Origin: Chloroflexota bacterium
GTDB taxonomy: Bacteria > Chloroflexota > Anaerolineae > Anaerolineales > UBA11579
DNA: 64,000 nt
NCBI GenBank assembly: GCA_018662365.1
Contig: JABJGH010000035.1
Coordinates: 23,040 to 87,039 of the forward strand
Direction: 5' to 3'
In this document: positions 28,197 to 37,916 of the stretch, piece by piece
How the letters are laid out: each line of letters opens with the position of its first letter
Position numbering within the stretch: position 1 is the stretch's first letter
Program-made: the position numbers and the translations under genes
The notes under the pieces: generated by a model
Database searches by the model: none
What the model saw: only the letters and a program-made list of their open reading frames with translations
What the model was told of the DNA's origin: nothing

Positions 28197-29609
28197 CTAC
28201 TTTGTGTTGTTTATCAATATTTGCCAACGCTGCACCTGATTTTGATTTCCAAAGAATGGCACAACTACCACCAAAAGATCTTTGTCCCCATCAGCATCCA
28301 CATCTATCGGGATCATTGTCCCACGCATTTCTTCTTCTAGTGGAAGCAATTCGAAAATACCTTCACCATTATTTAGCCATAGCAATTGAGTATAGTTTGA
28401 ATCTGGCAAATCATAGAGCATCACAAGATCAATATCTCCATCCAGATCAATATCTGTTTTTTCCATTCTCATAACCCACTTTCCCGCCGTATTTCGATCT
28501 AGAAAATTTTTTGTTGGCGATTCTACAAATTCTTCACCTTCACGATTCATCAACACATGTAAAAAACTCCCTTCATAAAATGGCTTTTCCTTGGTTAAGG
28601 ACAGGATAAGATCTTGGAAGCCATCATTATCGAGGTCAAGTGCAAGAATATCCGCTACTATAAAAAAAGGGTCTGCAGAGGGCAATTCAGTATATTCTGA
28701 ACTAAAGCTACCATCACCTCTGTTCCAGAAAACTGCAGATATTGAAGATGAACTATCTCCCCCCAACACTAGGTCTAAATAATCATCATTATTCAGATCA
28801 ACTAATTCAGACGAGGCCCATTTATAATATCCACTTGCTCCTAATATTTTATTGGTATCAAATTGCCCTGATCCATCATTCTTCATAAGATAAACGCCTG
28901 GAGAAGAATTGCCGCCCCAAACATCCACAACTATCAGATCTATATCCCCATCATTCTCAATATCTCCCAGTGCCATAGAGTGTGAAAAACCCAAAACGGG
29001 GTTATTTAATTGATTACTCTTATCGATGTAACTACCATCTGCTTGCGATAGCAACAGCACATTTTCCTCACCGGGAAAGGGGTCTTTATCAAAACCATGG
29101 CCAACAAAAACCATGTCAGCAACTCCATCCCCATTCAAATCTGCTGATTTTGCATCCCGGCCATGCACTAATGTTGGCGCGCCGGAGGGAAAAATAGTCT
29201 TCGTGCCAACCACGAACCCCTTTTCCCCTTTATTCAGCAACACAGTAAGTTCTGTAGGGTCATTTACAAATCCACTCTCCTGATTGACCCATTTCACCCC
29301 AAAATACAAAAGGTCATCCAATCCATCATGATCTACATCTAGAACTGCATATCCCATTATGAACGAACCACTTGAAAACCCTTCGATTTCTAGCATAGGC
29401 CTATCACTGAGGGTAAAAAGGAACGGCACTGGGGTTTCTGAGGGAATTAATAACGGCGCCACAGTCACTGTAGGCTCAAGAACTGATGTTTTTGTTTCAG
29501 CAGATTCTATAACTGAAATCTCTGCCTTATCCCCGCATGCGCTAATCCCGATCAAAAATAAAATCAAAACTAAAAATCTGGTAACAAATTGTTTTATTGA
29601 CATCTTCAT
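28197..29609 (-). CDS. FG-GAP/VCBS repeat lipoprotein
   Basis: Signal peptide with lipobox LIGISAC. Multiple D.D.DG..D(L/I) FG-GAP/VCBS calcium-binding repeats. Confidence 0.8.
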   Translation of the reverse strand: MKMSIKQFVTRFLVLILFLIGISACGDKAEISVIESAETKTSVLEPTVTVAPLLIPSETPVPFLFTLSDRPMLEIEGFSSGSFIMGYAVLDVDHDGLDDLLYFGVKWVNQESGFVNDPTELTVLLNKGEKGFVVGTKTIFPSGAPTLVHGRDAKSADLNGDGVADMVFVGHGFDKDPFPGEENVLLLSQADGSYIDKSNQLNNPVLGFSHSMALGDIENDGDIDLIVVDVWGGNSSPGVYLMKNDGSGQFDTNKILGASGYYKWASSELVDLNNDDYLDLVLGGDSSSSISAVFWNRGDGSFSSEYTELPSADPFFIVADILALDLDNDGFQDLILSLTKEKPFYEGSFLHVLMNREGEEFVESPTKNFLDRNTAGKWVMRMEKTDIDLDGDIDLVMLYDLPDSNYTQLLWLNNGEGIFELLPLEEEMRGTMIPIDVDADGDKDLLVVVVPFFGNQNQVQRWQILINNTK

Positions 29610-29766
29610 CCTCGCTTTATATAAGGAAGACTACTAGTGAATTCTAGTAGCCTTCCTTGATAAAGCAGATAGTGTTGCGGAGGCGTACAAACACGCTCCC
29701 TACCCAAAGTGTTATCAATGCCTTGATGGTTAGTGATTTATTTCATTATACAATAAAAATGCCTCT

Positions 29767-30186
29767 TTACTCCCCCATAAAACAAATAATACTAAGTTCC
29801 ACCCCAAAGGGATCCTTTAACACCGCCATCCGCACATGCTCATACATCAAGGTGTCGATTGGTGCCTCCCCTACCGCACCCGCCTCAACAAACGCCCCAT
29901 ACAGTTTATCCACATCCTCGGGGTTTTCCACCACAAAAGGCACTTCCACATTTTTCGGGTTCCCATCTTTGCTTGGAAATAAGGTGAACAGGGTGTTACC
30001 AACCGTCCACCCATGTGTAAATTCCCCTTCTACATAGTTTGGAGGGCCAATCACCTTTTCCCAAAAAGCCAATGCCTCCGCATAATCTTCATAATATAGG
30101 GCTACCCCATGGATCCCAACAAAGTTAAACCGCTGTTTCGGTTGGGGGTCTACAAAATACTTTTTGCGGTATTCTTCGTAATCCAT
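29767..30186 (-). CDS. VOC (glyoxalase/bleomycin resistance/dioxygenase) family protein
   Basis: 139 aa. The beta-alpha-beta-beta-beta module pattern (HGVALYYEDY...FW..V.G) is typical of VOC proteins. Confidence 0.7.
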   Translation of the reverse strand: MDYEEYRKKYFVDPQPKQRFNFVGIHGVALYYEDYAEALAFWEKVIGPPNYVEGEFTHGWTVGNTLFTLFPSKDGNPKNVEVPFVVENPEDVDKLYGAFVEAGAVGEAPIDTLMYEHVRMAVLKDPFGVELSIICFMGE

Positions 30187-30210
30187 TATCGCTCCAATAT
30201 TTCTGAGGCT

Positions 30211-31002
30211 TTACCCCATCTCCGCCCGTACGGTTTCATATAAGCTCTCTGCTTTCAGATCTGCCAAGGAGTAACATGGCGAACCCAAATGATTAGCCAA
30301 TCCTTGCGCTAAACCCTGATCAAAAGCCGCGTGCTCCATATTGATCACCACACTGCGAATATTTTCTTCAGCGATCTGCTCTGCCAATTGATGCGCTTCT
30401 TTTTGTGGGGAGATTTCACCCGACATCGAAACATTTCCAGCACCATCCGTCAACAAGATCATCAAAGGCAATACATCAGGATGGGTTAATTTTTCTCGTT
30501 TGATCACTTCAAGCGTAAGGAATAAACCAGCCGAAAGAGGGGTTTTCCCTCCCACCGGAATATCTTGCAAGGCGCGCTGTGCCAATTGCACCGAGTTTGT
30601 CGGAGAAAGCACCAAGTTCGCCCGGTCTTTTTGGAAAACCACCAAACCTACGCGGTCACGCCGTTGATAAGCATCCGTCAATAATGAAAGGATCGCCCCC
30701 TTGGTCGCAGCCATGCGTTCCGCCACCGCCATCGACCACGATGCATCCACCACAAATATCACCAGGTTAGCGGTTAACCGAACCCTCACCTTGCGTTGAA
30801 GGTCTTGTTTCTTGATCGCAAAGGCCAGATTCTTTTCTTTGCGTTCCTCTTCCCGCCGTTGCTGGTAGGGCGCGGCTGCCCGAATCGTCGCATCAAAAGC
30901 AATATCATCTGTCCGTCCCATCGCTGGTCGCGACTGAATATACCGTCCGCGCTTCCGTTCCGTGCGCGTCCGTGAACGTCGCCCGCTTTGTTTACGGGTC
31001 AT
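30211..31002 (-). CDS. VWA domain protein equivalent to the C-terminal integrin-I/VWA module of BchD/ChlD (possibly expressed only as a frameshift fusion; see findings)
   Basis: MIDAS motif DASWSM, followed by GKTPL... and LLTDGAGN. The frame is open with no start codon for 57 codons upstream of the ATG at 31002. Confidence 0.85.
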   Translation of the reverse strand: MTRKQSGRRSRTRTERKRGRYIQSRPAMGRTDDIAFDATIRAAAPYQQRREEERKEKNLAFAIKKQDLQRKVRVRLTANLVIFVVDASWSMAVAERMAATKGAILSLLTDAYQRRDRVGLVVFQKDRANLVLSPTNSVQLAQRALQDIPVGGKTPLSAGLFLTLEVIKREKLTHPDVLPLMILLTDGAGNVSMSGEISPQKEAHQLAEQIAEENIRSVVINMEHAAFDQGLAQGLANHLGSPCYSLADLKAESLYETVRAEMG

Positions 31003-31148
31003 TTTATCTAATTGGTTGTCTAGCTTGCGCGGAGCAAATGTCTCTCCAGATTGAACTTTTTGTCCCCCATCCCACCAGTAAGCATCGCCACTATCGAAAA
31101 CCTCTTGAGGCCCCGGTTCTGCTGGGGCCTGCTCAGGTGCATTTTCTG

Positions 31149-32267
31149 TTATTCGACTATCTGCGCTTTTTTTTTATCTGCCGATTCTTTATCACTCGCA
31201 TCTTGATCTTGATCTTCTGCGGTCCCCTCGCCTTGCATTTCCCCTTGCAGGTTTTCGATCTGCTCATGCAGTTGCTCCATCGTCATTTCAGACTGATGGA
31301 ACGGACCACGTTTAATGCGGTGAGGTAAGGCCAATTCTGCTGCAATCGCAATATCCAGATCATTGATCGATTTTCGTCCTTCAAATGCGGCATGGGCTCT
31401 GGCAGCTTTCAAGATCACCAGGTCAGCACGATGTCCATCTACATTTAAAGAGGCTGTCAAAGAGGCAATCGAGATCAGGTCTCTACTGCTATACTGCACC
31501 TCAGCAACCAAATCTCGAGCTTTTGAGATCTTATCTGCAAGGTCTTTCTCTTTTGGTGCCCACTCTTTATAGAAGGCTTCGGCATCTGCTTCAAAGCCCA
31601 AATTGCGCTCCATGATCGCCACCCGGTCTCTTGCATCCCGAATACCACGGATATCCACAGAAAGAGCAAAACGATCCAATAACTGGGGTCGCAAATCACC
31701 TTCTTCAGGATTCATCGTGCCGATCAAAATAAATCGTGCAGGATGCGTGAAGGAAATTCCCTCCCGTTCCACAATATTGATACCCATTGCCGCAGAGTCA
31801 AGCAGCACGTCTACCACATGGTCATCTAACAAATTTACTTCATCAATATAAAGCAATCCGCGGTTTGCTGAAGCCAAGACACCTGGATCAAAATGCTTTT
31901 TCCCTTCCGTGATTGCTTTTTCAATATCTAAAGAACCAACAACTCGGTCTTCGGTCGCACTCACGGGCAGGTCAATAAAGGGCACTTTTCTTTCTTCCAC
32001 TTTAAGCTCGCCATTCTCAGAGTCGTTCTCTTTCGCCCAATCAGACCAATTATTAGGATCATTGGGGTCATCGTTGAAGGGTGAGCCTAAAATGACATCA
32101 ATATCTGGAAGCAGGGCAGCCAACGCCCTGGCGGCAGTAGATTTTGCAGTTCCACGTTCCCCGCGGATCAATACACCACCGATCCTTGGGTCAATGGCAT
32201 TAAGCACCAAAGAACGCACCATGCGTTTCTGTCCGACGATTGCTGTGAATGGAAAAATTGCTCGCAT
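31149..32267 (-). CDS. BchI/ChlI-like AAA+ ATPase (class I chelatase small subunit family)
   Basis: [10 protein letters not shown]...[21 protein letters not shown]-terminus, Walker [10 protein letters not shown], and PQLLDRF. Confidence 0.9.
   Translation of the reverse strand: MRAIFPFTAIVGQKRMVRSLVLNAIDPRIGGVLIRGERGTAKSTAARALAALLPDIDVILGSPFNDDPNDPNNWSDWAKENDSENGELKVEERKVPFIDLPVSATEDRVVGSLDIEKAITEGKKHFDPGVLASANRGLLYIDEVNLLDDHVVDVLLDSAAMGINIVEREGISFTHPARFILIGTMNPEEGDLRPQLLDRFALSVDIRGIRDARDRVAIMERNLGFEADAEAFYKEWAPKEKDLADKISKARDLVAEVQYSSRDLISIASLTASLNVDGHRADLVILKAARAHAAFEGRKSINDLDIAIAAELALPHRIKRGPFHQSEMTMEQLHEQIENLQGEMQGEGTAEDQDQDASDKESADKKKAQIVE
31167..31175 (-). promoter_or_regulatory. A9 homopolymer: candidate -1 frameshift (slippery A_AAA_AAA) site joining the ChlI-like and VWA reading frames
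   Basis: On the minus strand the sequence is GAT AAA AAA AAA GCG, 5 codons before the ChlI-like stop. The -1 frame has a TAA formed at the very start of the run, then stays open to the VWA ORF. Confidence 0.5.
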
Positions 32268-32484
32268 ACGACCTACTCTTTAGATGATTTTTTCAAAATC
32301 AGCAGATTTTGCTCTTATAAAAAAAGACATTTTATCAAGAAATCAATAAGTGTGCATTTCTCGATAAAAATACGGGTATTGACCGACTAAATGTCCTCTA
32401 ATTTTGCGGTTCCAATGTTATCACAAAGGTTGTCAACTTGCATCTTAAGATTTATAATCACTCCTATCTTGTTAAATGGAGTAA

Positions 32485-34077
32485 ATGTCGGACATGAATC
32501 AAAACGACGCCCAAAACGGGCAGAACCTAACGGAAGAAGATCAATTGGAGGCAGAAAACGAAGAACTTTCAATGGAAGAGTTGTTAGCGCAGAGTGATTT
32601 TAGCCTCAACATGCCAAAGCAAGGCCAAGTTCGCCAAGGAATGATTGCGAGTGTTTCTGATGATGAAATTCTTGTAAGCATCGGCACCAAGTCTGAAGGT
32701 GTCATTCCTGGCCGTGAGCTCAGCCAGCTTAGTGATGAAGCTAGAGCCGCCCTTGTTGTTGGCGAAGAGATTACCGTCTTTGTTGTTAGCCCTGAAAGCC
32801 GCCAAGGAACCTTGATGCTTTCGATCCTACGGGCAAAAGAAGAAGATGATTGGAACCAAGCCGAGGAACTATTAGCTTCCAAAGAAGGCTATGAAAGTAC
32901 AATCTCTGGTTTTAACAAAGGTGGACTAATCGTCAATGTTGGATATCTGCGTGGCTTCGTACCTGCATCTCAGGTTAGCCTGACTCGTCGTATGAGCTAT
33001 AAAGGGGATACTCCTGAACAAAGATGGAGCGGAATGGTTGGAGAACCCATTGTGGTTCGCGTGATCGAAGTCGATCGCCAACGCCGCCGCCTAATCATTT
33101 CCGAACGGGCCGCTGCACAAGAATCCCGTGAAACTTTGAAAGAACGCCTGTTAGAAGGTTTGGAAGAAGGCGAGACCCGCAAAGGTCGCGTCACCAGCCT
33201 TGCAGAATTTGGCGCCTTCGTAAATATCAACGGGGCTGATGGCCTCGTCCATCTTTCTGAAATTTCCTGGGAAAGGATTGATCATCCCAGCGAAGTCCTA
33301 GAAGTTGGCCAAGAAGTAGACGTAAAGATCATCAGTATCGATCGAGAACGAAAACGAATCGGTCTCTCCATTCGCCAATTACAGGAAGATCCCTGGAAAG
33401 ATTATTTAGACCAATATGAAGTCGGTCAACTGATCGAAGGCGAAATTACCCGGCTTACAAAATTTGGTGCCTTTGCCAAAATTGATGAAAACCTCGAAGG
33501 CTTGATTCATGTTTCTGAATTAAGTGACCGCCGCATCGAACACCCCAAAGAGGTCTTGGATGTGAGTGACAAAGTTACACTTAGAATTATTAAAGTAGAT
33601 ACCTCACGCCGCCGAATTGGCCTGAGCTTACGCAAAGTCGAATCCATGAAATATTCTGATATGGATTGGGAACTTGCTCTCTCTGAGATCACTGACGAAA
33701 ATGGCGTAGAAAAAGTTGCTGAAGAAGCTGTAGAAGAGGCAACCGCTGAAGTCGAAGAAGCTGTTGAAGAAGCCGTAGAGGTTGTCGAAGAGGTAGTCGC
33801 TGAAGTTAAAGAGGTAGTCGAAGAAGCTGAAGAAGCCACGGAAGAGGCAGTTGTCGAAGAGGCAGCCGCCGAAGTTGAAGAAGCTGTCGAAGAAGCTGAA
33901 GAGGTTGTTGAAGAAGCAGTCGAAGAAGCAGTCGAAGAAGTCGTCGAAGAAGCAACCACCGAAGTTGAAGAAGTTGTCGAAGAAGCTGAAGAGGTTGTTG
34001 AAGAGGCAGCCGCTGAAGTTGAAGAAGCCACGGAAGAAGCAGCCGCTGAAGTCGTTGAAGAAGCGAGCGAAGACTAA
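32485..34077 (+). CDS. rpsA: 30S ribosomal protein S1 with long acidic E/A/V-rich C-terminal extension
   Basis: Four recognisable S1 domains (G.V....GAFV......GL(I/V)H.SE(I/L)S). GGAG RBS. The C-terminal ~125 aa is low-complexity (AEEAVEEA)n. Confidence 0.9.
   Translation: MSDMNQNDAQNGQNLTEEDQLEAENEELSMEELLAQSDFSLNMPKQGQVRQGMIASVSDDEILVSIGTKSEGVIPGRELSQLSDEARAALVVGEEITVFVVSPESRQGTLMLSILRAKEEDDWNQAEELLASKEGYESTISGFNKGGLIVNVGYLRGFVPASQVSLTRRMSYKGDTPEQRWSGMVGEPIVVRVIEVDRQRRRLIISERAAAQESRETLKERLLEGLEEGETRKGRVTSLAEFGAFVNINGADGLVHLSEISWERIDHPSEVLEVGQEVDVKIISIDRERKRIGLSIRQLQEDPWKDYLDQYEVGQLIEGEITRLTKFGAFAKIDENLEGLIHVSELSDRRIEHPKEVLDVSDKVTLRIIKVDTSRRRIGLSLRKVESMKYSDMDWELALSEITDENGVEKVAEEAVEEATAEVEEAVEEAVEVVEEVVAEVKEVVEEAEEATEEAVVEEAAAEVEEAVEEAEEVVEEAVEEAVEEVVEEATTEVEEVVEEAEEVVEEAAAEVEEATEEAAAEVVEEASED
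33700..34070 (+). repeat. In-frame GAA/GAG/GC(N)/GT(N) tandem-repeat region encoding the S1 acidic tail
   Basis: Near-identical ~54-nt blocks occur 90 nt apart at 33868-33921 and 33958-34011, among shorter GAAGAAGC(T/A)GT units. Confidence 0.8.
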
Positions 34078-34101
34078 GAAGTACTGTGATTTATAATTCA
34101 A

Positions 34102-34131
34102 AGGTCTATCGCTAGCGATAGACCTTTTTTT
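34102..34131 (+). terminator. Rho-independent terminator of rpsA
   Basis: AGGTCTATCGC-TA-GCGATAGACCT perfect stem followed by T7. Confidence 0.75.
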
Positions 34132-34302
34132 ATTCACCGGAATTTGGGATATCTAAGAAATTTGTAAGCATTACAGTTCAAACATGAATCTTTGGTAAAA
34201 TTGTGTTTTAATAAATATATAGTATTTAATAAGGAAATAATTTTCGACCAAAAATGGTCTTATTTCTACAGATTGGTACGTATCAAAGTTTAGGAGGCCG
34301 CA

Positions 34303-36807
34303 TTGTCTGGTCTAGAAAAGTTTACACAAAGAGCAAGGCGAGTATTGAGCTTAGCCCATCAAGAGGCCGAGCAATTACGCCATAATTATATTGGCACCGA
34401 ACACCTGCTCCTCGGGTTGATCCGCGAAGAAGGTGGCGTTGCCGCAAGAGTTTTACGCGAACTAGGCTTGGAGACCTCCAGAATTACGGAGATCGTCAAA
34501 CGCCTTTCTCAACCGGGTGAAGAAGTAACCGAAAACATCGACCTTTCCCCTGGAACCCAAGAAGTTTTGCAATATGCTATTGAGGAAGCCGAAAAACTGG
34601 GCAACAGCTATGTCAGCACCGAGCATTTATTGCTTGGCCTAATTCGATATACTGATGGCATCGCCCTCAACGTCCTGCGAAAATTAGGGGTCACTCCCGA
34701 ACAGATTCGCCGACAAACCCGAAGAATTCTTCAATCCGGAGCTTCGTCCAGCACCCGCAGTCCACAAAAATCTCGACAAGGTGCCCGAAGTCGTTCTGCA
34801 AAACCTGACCCCAAATCCCCCATGATCGACCAACTAGCCACCGACCTAACATCATTAGCTGAGGAAGGTAAATTGGACCCAGTAATTGGCCGCCAGATGG
34901 AGATCGAACGTGTGATCCAGATTCTGGCCCGCCGTACCAAAAACAACCCGGCACTGATGGGTGAACCGGGTGTAGGTAAGACCGCCATTGTCGAAGGTCT
35001 TGCTCAACGCATCATCGAGGGTGACGTACCCGCCCTCCTTTTGGGCAAACAAGTGCTCCGATTAGATGTCGGCTCTCTAGTTGCTGGAACAATGTACCGT
35101 GGTCAGTTTGAAGAACGACTTAAAAAAGTAATTGACGAATTAAAAATCTCAGGCGCGATCTTATTTATCGATGAGGTCCATATGCTCGTAGGTGCTGGCG
35201 CTGCCGGCTCCTCAGTCGATGCCGCCAATATTCTAAAGCCCGCCCTTTCACGTGGTGAATTACAGGTTATCGGCGCCACCACCCTTGATGAATACCGAAA
35301 ACATATTGAAAGCGACGCCGCCCTCGAACGACGGTTCCAGCCAATCTTGGTTGAAGAGCCCACCGTCGAAGAAACCATTGATATCCTCAAAGGGGTGCGA
35401 AGTGCTTACGAAGACCATCACCGATTAAATATTACCGATGAAGCACTCGAAGCCGCCGCGCAACTTTCTTCCCGTTATGTAACCGAGCGCTTTTTGCCCG
35501 ATAAAGCAATCGACTTGATCGACGAATCTGGCTCCCGCGTCAGAATGTACAAAAGCCCTGCAGCAGATAAAGCCAAAGAATTAACCCTTGAGCTCAAAGA
35601 GCTGAAGGCGAAACAAGTTGCAAAATCAGAAGAAGAAAATACCGAAGAACTTGACGCATTAAACTTGCGCCAAGAGGAAGTTGAAGCCGAACTCGAAAAA
35701 CTTCGCACCAGTTGGGATCGAGAAACTAGCCCATCCGTGACCGAAGAAGACATCGCTGAACTGGTCGCCATGTGGACCGGCATTCCTGTAATGCAGATTG
35801 CTCAAGAAGAAACAGATCGATTACTCCATATGGAAGAAGACCTCGGTAAAGTCATTGTCGGTCAAGAAGAAGCCATCGTCGCCATTTCTAAAGCAGTCAG
35901 ACGAGCCCGTGCTGGCATGAAAGACCCCGCCCGTCCGATTGGCTCCTTTGTATTCCTCGGCCCCACCGGTGTGGGTAAAACAGAGCTAACCAAAGCCCTC
36001 GCCAAACTAATGTTTGGCAGTGAAGAGGCCCTCATCCAATTAGATATGTCTGAATTTATGGAACGTCATAGCGTCAGTCGTCTAGTGGGTGCCCCTCCCG
36101 GCTATGTCGGTTACGAAGAAGCTGGTCAACTTACTGAAGCCCTTCGCCGCCGCCCCTATTCAATCGTCGTCTTTGATGAGATCGAAAAGGCGCATCCCGA
36201 AGCCCATAATATGCTCTTGCAGATCATGGAAGAAGGACATCTCTCCGATGCCCGCGGTCGCAAAGTAGATTTCCGCAATGCCATCATCGTCATGACCTCC
36301 AACGTCGGTGCCGACATGATCATGCGCCAAGGCTCCCTCGGTTTCAACCTCAAAGTGGAGGAAGAGGTCGAAGAAAAAATAGCCTATCGAGACATGCGCA
36401 AGAAATTAACCGAATCACTGCGCAGGGTATTTCGCCCTGAATTCATCAACCGTGTCGATTCCGTGATCGTCTTCCGAGCGCTCACACCCGCAAATATCCA
36501 AGAGATCGTTTCTTTGGAATTGAAAAAGGTGGCTGAACGCTTGGTTGAGCACGACATTCGCCTCCAACCCACCGATGCTGCTGTTGAGTTATTAGCCGAG
36601 CTTGGCTACGACCGAGAATATGGCGCTCGCCCCCTCAAACGCATCATTCAACAAAAGGTTGAAGATGCCCTCTCCGATGCCCTCCTGGGCGGAGAAGTCG
36701 AAGATGGCGATCTGGTCATTCTTGACATTGAAATGGGAGAAGATGCCCCTGACATTATCATCAAACGTGGCGAATCCGAAGAAGAAGAGCTCGGAACCCC
36801 GGCGTAA
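34303..36807 (+). CDS. clpC: ClpC-type AAA+ unfoldase (second paralog)
   Basis: Clp_N repeats, Walker A GEPGVGKT and GPTGVGKT, and an LGF loop. TTG start with an AGGAGG RBS. 834 aa. The middle domain lacks the UVR-like motif seen in the other paralog. Confidence 0.9.
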   Translation: MSGLEKFTQRARRVLSLAHQEAEQLRHNYIGTEHLLLGLIREEGGVAARVLRELGLETSRITEIVKRLSQPGEEVTENIDLSPGTQEVLQYAIEEAEKLGNSYVSTEHLLLGLIRYTDGIALNVLRKLGVTPEQIRRQTRRILQSGASSSTRSPQKSRQGARSRSAKPDPKSPMIDQLATDLTSLAEEGKLDPVIGRQMEIERVIQILARRTKNNPALMGEPGVGKTAIVEGLAQRIIEGDVPALLLGKQVLRLDVGSLVAGTMYRGQFEERLKKVIDELKISGAILFIDEVHMLVGAGAAGSSVDAANILKPALSRGELQVIGATTLDEYRKHIESDAALERRFQPILVEEPTVEETIDILKGVRSAYEDHHRLNITDEALEAAAQLSSRYVTERFLPDKAIDLIDESGSRVRMYKSPAADKAKELTLELKELKAKQVAKSEEENTEELDALNLRQEEVEAELEKLRTSWDRETSPSVTEEDIAELVAMWTGIPVMQIAQEETDRLLHMEEDLGKVIVGQEEAIVAISKAVRRARAGMKDPARPIGSFVFLGPTGVGKTELTKALAKLMFGSEEALIQLDMSEFMERHSVSRLVGAPPGYVGYEEAGQLTEALRRRPYSIVVFDEIEKAHPEAHNMLLQIMEEGHLSDARGRKVDFRNAIIVMTSNVGADMIMRQGSLGFNLKVEEEVEEKIAYRDMRKKLTESLRRVFRPEFINRVDSVIVFRALTPANIQEIVSLELKKVAERLVEHDIRLQPTDAAVELLAELGYDREYGARPLKRIIQQKVEDALSDALLGGEVEDGDLVILDIEMGEDAPDIIIKRGESEEEELGTPA

Positions 36808-36866
36808 CAAAACAAGTTTAATTCAAAACAGGTCTGGTGAACACCAGACCTGTTTTTTTATCTATC
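36717..36866 (+). repeat. Repeat copy A: native 3' end of clpC (last 27 codons) plus terminator
   Basis: Reference copy. Homologous copies lie at 39124-39205, 40379-40526 and 41111-41228. Confidence 0.9.
36828..36859. terminator. Rho-independent terminator of clpC (bidirectional position)
   Basis: ACAGGTCTGGTG-AA-CACCAGACCTGT followed by T7, with an A-run upstream. The convergent epimerase gene ends at 36905. Confidence 0.85.
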
Positions 36867-36904
36867 TAGGATAACCAGTCATTAAATTGACTAACATGTC
36901 AATA

Positions 36905-37870
36905 TTACGTATTTTTTTTGATTACCTCTGCCTCAATCCATCGATAGGTTTTTTCCAAACCCTCCTCAAGTGGCACCGAGGGCTCCCAGCCAAACAGCTC
37001 GTTGATCAACTTATTATCTGAGTTTCTTCCTCTAACCCCTTCTGGTCCATCAATATGTTTTTTTACAACTTTTGTCCCACTGATTGAAGCCACAATATCT
37101 ACTAAGCCATTGATCGAGATCAATCGATCACTCCCCAGATTCAGTGGCTCGGCATAGGAACTCTTCATTAATTTAGAAATGCCATCCAGGCAGTCCGTCA
37201 CATAAGCAAAGGATCTCGTCTGATTGCCATCTCCCCAAATCTCAACTTCGGGATTATTCGTTAGCTTTGCAATCGCCACTTTTCTACAAATGGCAGCAGG
37301 AACTTTTTCCCTGCCATTCTCCCACTCGCAATTGGGTCCATAAATATTATGAAAACGGGCAATCCTTACGTTGATCCCATGGTCATGCTGATGGTAAAGT
37401 GCGATTTGCTCCATGGTTAATTTTTCCCATCCATAGGCGTCTTGTGGCTGAGCAGGAAAAGCATCCGATTCCTTCAAGGCCATTACCTTTTCCTCCGTTT
37501 GTTTAAATTCAGGGTATACACAAGCCGAAGAAGAGAAGAAGAAGTTTTTCACATTATAGTCAACTGCCGCCTGAATTGTATTGAGATTGATCCGCAAATT
37601 ATTCTGTAATATATGGGCATGATTGAAAGCAATAAACCCCATCCCGCCCATATCTGCCGCCAAAGCATAAACCGTATCGATCCCTTCAGCAGAAATTTTC
37701 GCATTATTCATTTCTCTTAGATCAATTTGCAAAAACTCATCTGCCACCGTATCTTCAAATTTTGGAGTGATGATATCTACCCCCCGCACCCATTTTCCCT
37801 CTTCTTTTAACCTTCTAACCAAATGATGTCCTACAAATCCACCTGCACCCGTAACAAGAATTCTTTCCAT
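36905..37870 (-). CDS. NAD-dependent sugar-nucleotide epimerase, GDP-mannose 3,5-epimerase-like
   Basis: GAGGFVG Rossmann motif. AYGWEK...RFHNIYGP...GREK.PAA.CRK...E(I/M)WGDG.QTRSF closely resembles my memory of the GME signature. Confidence 0.8.
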   Translation of the reverse strand: MERILVTGAGGFVGHHLVRRLKEEGKWVRGVDIITPKFEDTVADEFLQIDLREMNNAKISAEGIDTVYALAADMGGMGFIAFNHAHILQNNLRINLNTIQAAVDYNVKNFFFSSSACVYPEFKQTEEKVMALKESDAFPAQPQDAYGWEKLTMEQIALYHQHDHGINVRIARFHNIYGPNCEWENGREKVPAAICRKVAIAKLTNNPEVEIWGDGNQTRSFAYVTDCLDGISKLMKSSYAEPLNLGSDRLISINGLVDIVASISGTKVVKKHIDGPEGVRGRNSDNKLINELFGWEPSVPLEEGLEKTYRWIEAEVIKKNT

Positions 37871-37916
37871 ATGTATTACTCCATTAAACTATTTCTGAAC
37901 TCAGATTTCAACACGG

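Noticed and set aside
33507-34137. Antisense and off-frame ORFs (174, 169 and 81 aa) over the rpsA tail
   Set aside because: They are low-complexity artefacts of the GAA/GCN repeat region.
34138-34302. Search for canonical CtsR (GGTCAAA direct repeat) or CIRCE elements upstream of the clpC genes
   Set aside because: Neither consensus is present. Only the inverted GACCA/TGGTC palindrome was found, and it is reported separately at low interest.
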